Source of the DNA: Eledone cirrhosa
Lineage: Eukaryota
Length of the DNA: 64,000 nucleotides
NCBI GenBank assembly: GCA_964016885.1
Contig: OZ024744.1
Span: 90,272,001-90,336,000 of the forward strand
Direction of reading: 5' to 3'
Under the pieces are notes generated by a model that did not search any database, was not told where the DNA came from, and saw only the letters and a list, made by a program, of their open reading frames with translations. Below, piece by piece: positions 1 to 13,052 of the stretch (position 1 is the first letter of the stretch; each line of letters starts with the position of its first letter). Made by a program: the position numbers and the translations under genes.

Positions 1-38
1 TGCATATACATACATCTTACCATTTTATGCTTAATATA

Positions 39-101
<63 letters not shown>

Positions 102-300
102 GAAAGTATGACCCTGACGGCAGAGCTCAAGCCGTTTCGACGGCTATTTCTGGACTAAATTAAGAGTTCAGCCGTCGGGGAGTCTTGAATATTTTCATAT
201 TACCCACTCTACTACTCCAAGTATCAAGTACTCTGGTGCATTATGGCTCACCTGGTGTCTTACCACACCTTCTTTGTACATATATATATATATAGAGATC

Positions 301-592
301 TTATATCATCTGTCCCTTAGTCTGGTGGACCTTTGGTGCACCACAGATGACCTGGTAACCAGCTTCTTCCATTCTTCTTCCTTCTCCGGCTTCCTCATTG
401 CTGCACCCGGCCTTATGCCTGTCTATTCCGGGATGTTGTCCTCCCATCTCTTTCTCTGTCTGCCTCTCTTCCTTCTTCCTTGTACTGTTCTTGTCAACAT
501 GCCCATACCATCTCAGTTTGTGTTTTTTTACAATGGTCAACAGGTCTTCGTAGGGCCCGATGGCCTGCCAAATTCTGTTTCGTACCTCCTCA
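301..592 (-). mobile_element. older RTE/BovB-like 3' fragment
   Basis: EEVRNRI..DLLTIVKKHKLRWYGHV. Confidence 0.7.
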
Positions 593-1452
593 TATATATA
601 TATATATATACACACACGCACACATATACATATATATATATATATATGATAAATTCAGACCTTATACACTTACACCTCTCTAAGACAATGTCACTGGACC
701 GAGATCTTTGGCACTATGCAGTAATACAGAAGACCAGCCTTGCCTATGTACAAAGCAAAACCTACAGTCAGTAGGCACCTCTTAACCAAATATACACCCC
801 AATCCACTACCCCTACCCTATCCTCCCACTCCCACCAACACCACCCTCTCTCTGTAAAGTTGGTACCACAACATCCAGTCCAAATAAATGAGATAATGAG
901 ATTGAGATCATGTAGGTGTCACGAGAAAAAAAACACACAGCCCACGCTGTAATGTGGCTGTGTAGGTAACACGGTAAAAACCTCCAAGTCCACACTGTAA
1001 ATGTGGTTGGTGTTAGGAAGGGCATCCAGCCATAGAAAACCTGCCAGACAGTCCTATATGAGGGAGACACGGTCACCCGACCAACCTTGCTTCAAGTGGG
1101 ACAACTCCCATCTAACCCATGCTAGCGTGGAAGATGGACATTAAACAAAGATGATGATGTTAGTTATGTGTGTAACAACATTTACAGGCAGCATGCCGTT
1201 CGAACCATTCAATGCTGTTATGAAGTCCATTTTGTTTGGATTGTATTCCAATGATATGACTGTAATGTGCAGAGTGTAAATAGATTTAAAGAGTCAAAGT
1301 CAGTGTTGCAGCATATGTACAAACTTTATTTCCATATTACAATTGCTTCGATATCGATCAGCTGAAGGTGATGGGGCCGGATTCTTTTTCAACATCTCGT
1401 CAGATATTCGAGCTTATATGTGCAAGTTTAGATGTGTCTTTGCACATATAAT

Positions 1453-1500
1453 GAGCTATGTTTCGTACTGATTGGTACCAATCAGTACGAAACATAGCTC
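1453..1500. repeat. perfect 48-bp palindrome
   Basis: gagctatgtttcgtactgattggt|accaatcagtacgaaacatagctc. Confidence 0.95.
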
Positions 1501-1699
1501 TGTCAGCTTTATCTCCCCTGTTTGCTGAAAATTTAAAGTAAGTGAGACTGTCACTACTCTACAACAATAACATAAGGTCTTTGAAATGCTTTTAATAAAG
1601 CATACAGTGTATTGCAAAATATACTATATATACATTCATATATATATAGCTATTTCAGAGCGCCAATTTTAATTTTCAATATATATATATATATATATA

Positions 1700-2487
1700 C
1701 ATTGGCGGACTGGATCTAAAAATATTGGTTGCCAGGTTATAAAGGGGGCCCACCCACATATAGAATACTATAATTTAATTTTTGTAATGAATAAATAAAA
1801 TGTTTTTAAAAATACATAAGTGGAAACAAAACAGCGCAATCAAATTTTTGCAGAAAAAAATGTATTTTTTACTAATTATTGTGTATATATACTATACATA
1901 TTACTGGAAGTATACAGTAATACCAAACATTAATACAGAATGTTATAATTGAATTTTTAAATAATTGTGAATGTATAGTATACTGTTATTTAGAGTAAAG
2001 TATGCAAATGACTGTTCTTACCTTCTCCCCCCCAAAAAAAAATTTTAATTACCTTGCATAATATACACATCCAGAGACTTTCAATAATGACCTTTGCAAA
2101 TTTCACCACCTTCACCACTAATTGATTTGACATGTCTTTAACCCATTCATGCCAAAAAATATTTGGTGTGTGTGTCTCTGTATGTATGTCTGCATGCATG
2201 AAGGATTATAGTATAAGCTATAAATTTAGTACTATGTACAACCAGTGATTCCTACTGTTAACACTATCATATATTTTGGTTTCTATTAATTCCCTAGGGA
2301 ATTGTTTGACCAAATGCTTTACTTGATTGTTTTTATTTAAAAAAAAAAAAATTATTCTTTCTCAAAGACTTAGGATATTTTTTCAAACAAGGCATTGGGC
2401 CCTTAAAATACTACAGTGGGCCCCTGCAATGCTACCGTGGGCCCACTTGGCATTGGGCAACCTGGCAACCTAGCCAGTCTGTCACTG
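1700..2487. mobile_element. non-autonomous hAT-like element inside (TA)n
   Basis: CATTGGCGGACTGG..CCAGTCTGTCACTG imperfect TIRs, subterminal GGGCCC repeats. Confidence 0.65.
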
Positions 2488-2676
2488 TATATATATATAT
2501 ATATATAAAGCAGTTATGTCATGCAAGAGTCATTGAGCCATTAAAAAAACTCAATAGCTGCTAAATTCATTTTACATTTATTTCTTGGTGTCAAAATTTT
2601 TGTCAGTTTGTGACCTACTTGGTCACTCACATTAGACACTGATGATGATTATATATTTGCACCTTTTGTTTTTTAG

Positions 2677-2727
2677 ATCCAGTCTTTAAGTGATGAGCTG
2701 AAGGACGTTAGTGAAAGATATGAAAAG
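2677..2727 (+). CDS. TANGO1-like exon a (IQSLSDELKDVSERYEK)
   Basis: ttttgttttttag|ATC..AAG|gtaaca; 51 nt, phase 0/0. Confidence 0.75.
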
Positions 2728-5700
2728 GTAACAGTGCATTATTTATTTTTAATTTGCATATGATAATATAGGGTTATATATGTATTTATATATATGTATA
2801 TTTATATATATGTATATTTATATATATGTATATTTATATATATGTATATACATTTTATTGCTGACAATCGTTTCTTCCAAACTTTTGTTTGGAATCATCG
2901 GAGCACTAGCAAAGTTTAGACATATAATTAACCTCCTATTCCAAGTTTGGAAGAAACCATTGTCAGCAATAAAATGTTTTGAACATAGTTTTGATTATTC
3001 TGTAATTTATATTCCGGCTCTGTAAAACATCTGATGTATTTACATTGAACTATTTTTCTTACTGGTAATAAGGTGGTAATGAATCACTGACCTCTCCAGT
3101 TTATAATTATATATAGTGTATATATAAGTATAAATAATATTATTATTATTATTATATATATATATATGTATCTTTTGCACATGGATTTTCTTAAAGAATA
3201 TCTTTATATACCACCCTCTTAAATGTGAAGTTATGTTGGTACCACAACATCCAGTCCAAAACAAATGAGGTTGTGTAGGTGTCACGACAAAAAAACACAC
3301 AGTCCACGCTGTAATGTGGCCGTGTAGGTAACACGGTAACAACCTCCCAGTCCACACTGTAAACGTGGTTGGTGTTAGGAAGGGCATCCAGCCGTAGAAA
3401 ACCCGCCAGACAGTCCTATACGAGCAGAACAACCAATCTTGCCTCAAGTGGGAAAACTCCCATCCAGACCCATGCAAGCGTGGAAGATGGATGTTAAACG
3501 ATGATGATGATGATAATATGCTCAATATTTCACTTTTCACCATTGCTCCTTATACTGTGATTTCCGCAGCATAACATCTTTTTGAAACTCCTGCTTTCCT
3601 AGATGATGTCACTGACACTGTCAATAGTTATGTATCTATCTAAATGTTCTGAAGACTAGGATTTTAATTACTTGTTTAAACATTGTATATGCTCCGATAA
3701 TTCTAGACATTTGTCTGGAAGAAACAATTGTCAGCAATTAAATGTATTAAACTAAGATTTGATTGTTTTTTTATTTTTTATACATTTGATAATTTACATT
3801 GAGCCTTTTCTCTTACTGGTAATTGGCTAGTGCTTAGTACTACCCTCCATCATCATCATCATCATTTCATTTTATGTCCGCTTTTTCCCTGCTTGCAAGG
3901 GTGGGACGGGAACTGATTCTGGCTTGATTTCTACAGCTGGATGCCCTTCCTAACACCAACCTCATTTACAGTGAGTGCTGGGTGCTTTTTTGCCGTGGCA
4001 CCACCACGACCGCTTTGCAGTGGAATGATAGGGACCCCAGTCCCTATCATCTCATTTCTACAGCTGAGTAAACTGGAGCAATGTGAAATAAAGTGTCTTG
4101 CTCAAGGAAACAACACATCACCCGGTTCGAGAATTGAACTCACAACCTTTCGATTGCAAGGCCAATGCTCTAACCACTAAGCCATGTGCCTCCATATTTA
4201 TAACTATATATAAGTATAAATATTATTGTTATTACTATATGAAAGACGACAGCTGTATAACAAAGTGCAGGGCAATAAAGATAGATGGTAGCCACGGAGT
4301 AGGCAGACCCAGAAAAACCTGGGACGAGCTGATAAATTCCGACCTCACACACTTACACCTCTCCAAGACAATGTCACTGGACCGAGACCTTTGGCGGTAC
4401 TCAGTAACAGAGAAGACCCGCGTTACCTAAATACAAAGTAAAACCTACTACAGTCAGTAGGCATCTCTAACAAAATACACCCCCGTCCCACCACCCCACC
4501 CCATCCACACCGCCCCTTTCAATGTAAAGTTATGTTGGTGCCACAAAATCCAGGCCGAAACAAATGAGATCGTATAGGTGTCACGAAAAAAAAAACACAC
4601 AGTCCACGCTGTAATGTGGCCATGTAGGCAACACGGTAAAAACCTCCCAGCCCCACACTGTAAATGTGGTTGGTGTTAGGAAGGGTATCCAACTGTAGAA
4701 AATCCGCCAGACAGTCCTATGCGAGCAAGACAACCACTCTTGTCTCAAGTGGGAAAACTCCCGTCCAAACCCATGCAAGCATGGAACACGGACGTTAAAC
4801 GATGATGATGATATATATAAACATTTCAAGTTGTATCTCTTTATGTTGACATGTATCTGAGTCATTCAAAACATCAAATTGCATGAGTGTTTTAAAACAA
4901 TTTCTGCTTCTAAACTAAGGATTAGCATCACAGGGTCCCTTTTAAAGCAGTGTTTTACAGCTGGAATGCCCTTTCTGATATCCCAATCCTTATTGTCACC
5001 TCTTACATCATGCTGTGATATGGTGTGCCTATCCTAAAACAGATACACACAGTTACAGATGGACATAATATACACCACACTGAAATATGATCAACAAAAA
5101 AACACTTAAAAGTAGATCAATGACAGAAACGAATGAAGTGTATAATATATACAACAGTTCGTTAAATATATCTACACTTTGTGAGATCCCTTTAACACAC
5201 TGTTTGCTTTACATGCACAGGTACCTTTTTAGGTGACAAATTGGCAAAGTCATTAATGTATCAGATAAAAATGCTTTGTGGTTTGTTTGTATTTTGGTTT
5301 TCTGTGCCCTGAACTCAAATCCTGCTACCTTTTATCATATCGGGATTGGTAAATAAGGTACCAGTCCAGGTCAGTAGGTTGGCAGAATTATGGAAGCATT
5401 GGATGTGATGCTTTACTGTATCTCTTACACTCCTTTGCGTTCTGAGTTCACCTGTGATATCACAAGTACCAAGGTATATCATCAGCCTTTGCCTTACCCT
5501 TGGGTGATTGCTGGATTTCGTTACCCAGGCATGCATTTTGGTGAGGAACTTTCCATATGCAAACCTTTGGTGGTCTGCCTTGACTAAAGGGAACCTCTGA
5601 ATGTACCTTTTTTTTATATATATACTCTTAACAAAACGTCTATTCTGTAAAGGTTTCCATTCTCTAATATGCCTCCTGTCACAGCCTACATCCACTTTCT

Positions 5701-7114
5701 ACACAGAATTATGAACACTCCTCCACACTCAATACATCTCTACTACTGGCATATCTTCCTATGTATATATATAGGTGTGTAGGAAAAGAGTCAGAACCCC
5801 CCACGGCTGAGCTCCAGCCGTTTCGACAGCTAGATCCAAACTGAGTTCAGCCGTCGGGGTCCTGACTCTTTTCCTATTACCCACTCTACTACCCTAAGTA
5901 TTGAGTACTCTGGTGTGTTATGGTCCACCTAGTATCTTACCACACATTCTTTGTTATCTATATATATATATAAACATAATGTTAAGGATTCTATTTATAG
6001 TTATGTATATTTTAAACCATAAATAGGGAAGGTCAGTAATTTATTACTACCTTATTACCAGTAAGATAAATAGCTCAATGATTTTAATTTGAATTACTAT
6101 ACAAATATAGTATAGTATTATGTATACCGCTCCACACTGTACATCAATATATATATATATATATGTATCTGTATGTCTCTTGCGTCGACTGGGAAGTCAA
6201 TTATATGTACAAGCATTAAAAATTGCTCCGAAGACTCCAAGCCTAGGTTTGGAAGAAACAATTGTAAGTGAATAAATGTTTTGAACATAGCTTTGATTCT
6301 TGTGAATTCTATATATATATATATATAAACACGCACACAGTTCTCTACTTTCAACACATGCCGACTAGGAGCACACCATTTCTCCGTAAATTTCATCCAC
6401 CTTATATTTTACATGCAGAGTTCTTATGAGGCAAATGCGAAAACTGAAGAGATCACTACACTGCAGTCGCGAATACAAACAATGTCGGATCAAATCCATC
6501 ACCTGGAAGACCGTAAGGAACAGGTAAGAGAACTGACAATATCATTTTTGTACGTGCCTCATACATACACAAAATTCATTCTTTAGTCTCTTAATATTTC
6601 CTTCAATAAAAATACACTTGCCAGTTGAGTTTCACTTTGTCTTTTTTTTTTTTATGATTAGGTAATTAATCCATTCCCCAGTTGCTTTAATTATCAAAAG
6701 CTCTTTCATCACACATTCTATGACCTTCTTAATTACTACTCTGGCCGTCCACATCGTCCTCTGGTTTCGACTTTGCTTCGGTTATTCCATCTCTTTTTCT
6801 TTTTCAATTTTGGTAGGCAAACTTCCTCTCAGGGTTAATGTGTGTGCTTAAATATATGTGTTTGTGTGTGTGTGTGAGATGTTCATATGTGTGTGTATGT
6901 GATAGCTAGGACAGTGTATATGTTAAATCATGTGCCAATGTGTCTGCATGCATGTGAACATATTTATGTGTGTGCATGTGTATACAAGTGTGTACGTATG
7001 TATGTGTATATATACATGTGTGTATATTACTGTTATGTTAACACTTTTTTCAATGCTGTACTGTACTACGGGATACATCTGTCCATTGCATATAGGGTTG
7101 GCTAAAAGCTCTCT

Positions 7115-7166
<52 letters not shown>

Positions 7167-7582
7167 TTAATTTTGTTTGGATGGTCATATTTGGAAGTAC
7201 AACCATTTGTTATGTTAGTAATATTTTTTATTTAACACCTTAAATTGTATTTGTTTATATATGTATATATGTATTAAAGCCTGGTTAGTTTCTCAATTGA
7301 TATATCTCAATATTATATATCTTTTGAGAATATTTTATATATAAATATATAATATACACTCTGTAGTCCAGTATCTTATATGTTTATATGTGTGCGTGGT
7401 CTACGTGAAAGTTGGTTTGTAGTTTTGTGAGTGTATTTGTATATAAATATATATATAAAAACCTGCCAGAGACAATTCCGTATGAGCGAGACACGGTCTC
7501 CTGACCATTCCCACATCAAATGGAACAAAACCGTCTAACCCATGCTAGCATGGAAGATGGACATTAAACGATGATGATGATG

Positions 7583-7632
<50 letters not shown>

Positions 7633-10600
7633 TTAAAGAGATAAATAGAGATATGTATTGGGTATCCATATAGATAACTACTTGTGTGTATCATCATACA
7701 CATATATATATGTAAACAGAAGTATAATTTGTATATCATCATCATCATTTTACATCCTTTTTTCCCTGTTTGCAAGGGTGGGTCGGGAACTGATTCTGGC
7801 TTGATTTCTTTAGCTGGATGCCCTTCCTAACACCAACCTCATTTACAGAGAGTGCTGGGTGCTTTTTTGCCGTGGCACCTCCAAGGCCACTTTGCAGTGG
7901 AATGATATGGACCCCCAGTCCTATCATCTCATTTCTACAGCTGAGTAAACTGGAGCTATGTGAAATAAAGTGTCTTGCTCAAGGAAACAACACATCACTC
8001 GGTCTGAGAATTGAACTCACAACCTTTCGATTGCAAGGCCAATGCTCCAGCCACTAAGCCATGTGCCTCCATATATGTATATGTTTTATATATATAAATT
8101 TTATCTAATCCTTCTTAGCCTGTCTATGTGCACAAACATGCAATCATAAAAATAGTATGTTTTGCTGTTACTTTGGATTTTCTATATGGTGGCTATTTAA
8201 TGCATGCTCTTTGTTAAAATGAAAATACATTTTTATGTTTAGATATACATGTAAAAAGAAAAGGATTGATTAGGTAGATATAGGTATAGATATAGATATA
8301 GGTTTATTTTTCAACATAGTCCTGGGAAAGAAAGAATGCAGTTATTAAGAAGATGATTCAAAATTAATGTATGCAAGATTTTTCAGCTCTATCATCACTC
8401 TTTCATAGTTAGCCTATGAACTTTTTAGCTAACCCTTGTGTGTGTGTGTATATATATAATAATAATAATAGTAATAAATGAAAGATATATACTTTATATC
8501 ATCTCTATATATTTTATTATATATATTTCAAAGATGCAAAGTTTTACGTATAACATAAACCAAAACATGTCCTCTTCAGACAAAATACATATGAGATGTA
8601 TAATCTTTTCATCATATGCTGGTAGACAAACGAGCTGGACAGATGGTGACCACCAAGCATATATATCTTTCGTTTATTACTATTATTATAATAATATTCC
8701 AGATAAATATCTATACCATTGAGTACTTGGCATCTATTATATATGAGTCATCATCATCATCATCGTTTTACGTCTGTTCTTCCAAGCTAGCATGGGTTAG
8801 ACAGGTTGTCCTGTTGTGGGCAGTGTCCGGTTGGCTGACCTTGTCTTGCTCATACGGGAACTGATTCTGGCTTGATTTCTACAGCTAGATGCCTTTCCTA
8901 ACACCAACCTCATTTACAGTGAGTGCTGGGTGCTTTTTTTCCGTGGTGCCTACATGTCCACTTTACAGTGTGGGCTGGGTGCTTTTTTGCCATGGCACCT
9001 CCACAACCACTTTGCAGTGGGAGGGTGTGGGGGTATATTGTCTATATGCTTCAGCTTCGGCTTGTACCCGTGGGGTGTCGGGTCTTCTGTATTACTGCGT
9101 GACATCAGAGGTCACGGTCGTGTGTCATCGCCTTTAAGAGGTGTAATTGGGTACGGTCGGCTTTTATCACCTCATCGCAGGTCTTCTTGGGTCTCCCCAC
9201 TCCGCGCTTTCCATCGACTTCTACTGCTCTGCACCTTTTTATGCAGCTGTCATCCTTCATACGCATCACATGTCCAGACCAACGCAACTGCCTCTCCTGC
9301 ACACAGCATTTGATTCCTCTTATGCTCAGTCTCTCTCTCAATTCGTTTATGCTTTGCCGTTCGCGTATATTACTATTACACATCCATCGGAGCATGGGGG
9401 CTTCGTTTTTTTCTAATCTACGCAAGTCTTCTACAGACAGTGGCCAGGTCTCACTACCATGTAACATTGCTCTTCGTATACACGCATCATACAGTCTGCC
9501 TTTCATTTTGAGGGGAAAGCTAGCAGTGGCAGTAGCTCCCTGGATTACAAATGAACTAACTCTTTTTTCATTGATATTATATAAATATATATATATATAT
9601 ACCCTTGCAAGCAGGGAAAAGCGGACGTAAAATGATGATGAAAAGCAGACATAAAATGATGATGATGATGATATACATACAATAGTTATTGTAATATGGG
9701 GCAAATGGCAGGGGCATGGTGATAGTCTGTTCACACATGGCATAAAGTTGTCTCTGTCAAGTGGGTGAGGTAGAGGAAGGAGTAGTTGTGTAGCTATACT
9801 GTAGCGGTGCCTCCATGGTGCTACATAGAGGGGTGTATTGGAAAGTTATTGATAGGTTTTCACCTTAAGTAGTCAGAATTACCTGGTGGGTATACCCTCT
9901 TGTCACATGCTAAAATCAAAATAGTTTAACATAAACATTTCTAACTTGCTTGTATATATATATAGTTGTGTGGTTAGTGTGTTTGTGTAGCTTAGTGGTT
10001 GGCATGTTTGGCTCACGATTGTAAGGTTATTAGTTTGATTCCTGGCAGTGTATCGTGTCCTTGAATAAGACACTTTAGTTCACATTCCTTCAGGTGAAAA
10101 AAAAAAATGAGTTGTACCTGTAATGTCACATACTGTGTCATGCCAAATTTCCCTGAGAATTATGTTAAAGGCACACACATCTGTGGAATACTCATCCACT
10201 TTCACATTAATTAATTGTACCTGTAATTCAAAGGCTCAGTCATGTCACAAACTGTGTTGCACCAAATCTCCCTGAGAACTACGATAAGGGCACACACATC
10301 TGTGGAATACTCATCCATGAGTATTAATTTCATGAATAAGGTGTTCTTTTGTTTGAGTAACTGGAGTACTTATTGCTGAAACTGGAGTTCCAACAGACAG
10401 ACCAGAGTGTTGTCATTGTTATCAGCAGCAGCATCACTTAACATCCATTTTCCATTCTAGCAAGAGCTGTGTTATAATATAAACATTCCTTATGTTATTC
10501 TCTTCATCTCCCATCAATAATTTATTAATTCCCTATAAACACGTGTGAAGGTGCGTGGTTTAGTGGTTAAGGTATTTGTTGGGCTCACAATATAGAGGTC

Positions 10601-12942
10601 GTGTCCTTGAGCAAAACACTTTATTTCACTTTGCTCCAGTCCACTCAACTAGCAAAAATGAGTTATATCTGTAATTCAAAGGCCCAGTCATATTGCTCAC
10701 TGTGTCACTCTGAATCTCGCAGAGAACTACATAAAGGGTACATGTGTCTGTGGAATGCTCAGCCATTGGCTCTTGAATTTTAAGAGCAGGCTGTTCAGTT
10801 GATTGAATCAACTGGAATACTCGTCTTCATAACTGATGGAGTGTTAGGTTTTATATACGTGTGTATGTGAGTGTATATACCTAAAAAAAGAAATCTGGAA
10901 TTTTCCATATATCTTGTGTAAATGTCAACTCTAGTTATTCACAGAAAACAGACCAACATCTGCAAGTCAAGGGATTACCCCATACATAAATATTATGATG
11001 GAAATCTATATATATTTTGATGTATAGTTCTGCAATAGCCTGGAGTTCAAAGGCTCCAAGCTCTTTAATAAGCTGCAAAAAATTCTGAGATATCTACATA
11101 GTGTGCATGTAGAAACATCTCGACATTCTGCTAATCAAGATCCCAGATGAACCTGCAGCATGAGGCGAAGCTCAAATATGGGCGGCAGCAACAAACTCCC
11201 TTCTGCATCAATGGCCAACCATGGAAGGCTTGGCTATAGGAAGTGTAGCATCAATGGCAGTGCCCCAGCATGGTCCCAACAAGCCTGTTAGCTGGAACAT
11301 GTGAAAGAGTAAATGAGAGTTCACACAAATGTTAGGTTACAGGTTTCTTAATTAATCTTGATTATTGAAGCAGCACTATGATTAGTGTGATACAGAGTAT
11401 ATTGTACCATCACTTCTTATATAAGCTAGAATATGTGTGTTTATTTCTCTATGATTACAGTATCCCAGAATGGATACTTAATTGCTGTAAAATCATGAAA
11501 GCCGTAACAAGATGATTCATCTGCTTGTCGTTCGCGAATTTAAAGTCACGGGTCGGAACGCATCTAGTCCCAAGCTGAAATTCATTAGCATTATCTTATA
11601 GTATTACTGGGTTAGTATTTCACACCATCATTTCTTACATAAAGCTAGGCCCCGATATGCATTTATTTCACTATAATTACTCTGTCTCCGAATGTGTATC
11701 TAATGATGTTAACTTAAAATTATATTGTAACACCTAGTCTGGCTACCGTTCACAGTAGTAAGCACAGCTATGGACAACTGTTAGTCTATTGAGCGTTATG
11801 GATACAACTAAAAGAGCAATAATAAGTTTTTGTAAGAGCTCTTTAATTTTATTTATAGTTGTTGTTATTTAGTAGGAATTAGGGTTTGATGTGTAAAAAC
11901 GGTATTGTTACTGTAATTTATGGTATATTTTTTCTTTGATTGTTTGTTTAGAGATCATTTGGGCTTCTGCTATCGATCCAGTATCTTGGATTCTAGCATG
12001 CATTTCAGCCCTTCAAAACAAGTATCTATGAAATAGTTGACCCCATAAATTTAACCTTAAAAAAGTTTAACTTTTACACAAGTATATACAGTATATGTAT
12101 ATTTGTGTGTATATATATATATATATATATATTAGTAAAAAAAAAGAGAAAATGCTGACAAATTTTTTCCAGTGAAAAATAGTTTAATTAAGAATAAGTA
12201 TAAATTACTAATAAGTAATGGTTAGTATTTAGTTTGAAGTTTTTACCGGTTGCGCATTTCTAATGCTTTTCAAAAATAATTTTGAGATAGAGTGCTAGTG
12301 TTATTTGCTCTAATCTGTCACACCTCTATTTTTTTTAAATAAATAAATATATATATATATACACATCTCAAGGGCGATGACACACGACTGTGACCTCTGG
12401 CGTCATGCAGTAATTCAGAAGACCCGACCTCCCACTGAAGCTGAAGCATATAGACAATATGACCCCACACCCTCCCACTGCAAAGTGGAGGTGTCACGGC
12501 AAAAATGCACCCAGCCCACACTGTAAAGTGGACGTGTAGGCGCCATGGAAAGAAAGCACCCAGCACTCACTGTAAATGAGGTTGGTGTTAGGAAGGGCAT
12601 CCAACTGTAGAAATCAAGCCAGAATCAGTTCCCGTATGAGCAAGACAAGGTCAGCCGACTGGACACTGCCCACAACAGGACAACCCGTCTAACCCATGCT
12701 AGCGTGGAAGAACGGGCGTAAAACGGTGATGATGATGATGATGATAAGAGATGGCAACATGAATGAACCTGTTATTTTTCCAATTCTACTATCCCCATCC
12801 CTTCAATCTTTCTAATTTCTCATTCTTTCTTCTGATGAAAGACTAGCGTCTGAAATGTTAAGACCCTCTTCCTGCTATTTCAAGTGTTAAACTAATATAT
12901 TCGCTCCATATACTTTACTGTTTGTGTTATTTCTGTTTACCT

Positions 12943-12974
<32 letters not shown>

Positions 12975-12984
12975 CATACATACA

Positions 12985-13052
<68 letters not shown>

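Noticed and set aside
98-180. GTTTCG in the hairpin family as an antisense hammerhead
   Set aside because: No TCATCAG at the required distance in any copy.
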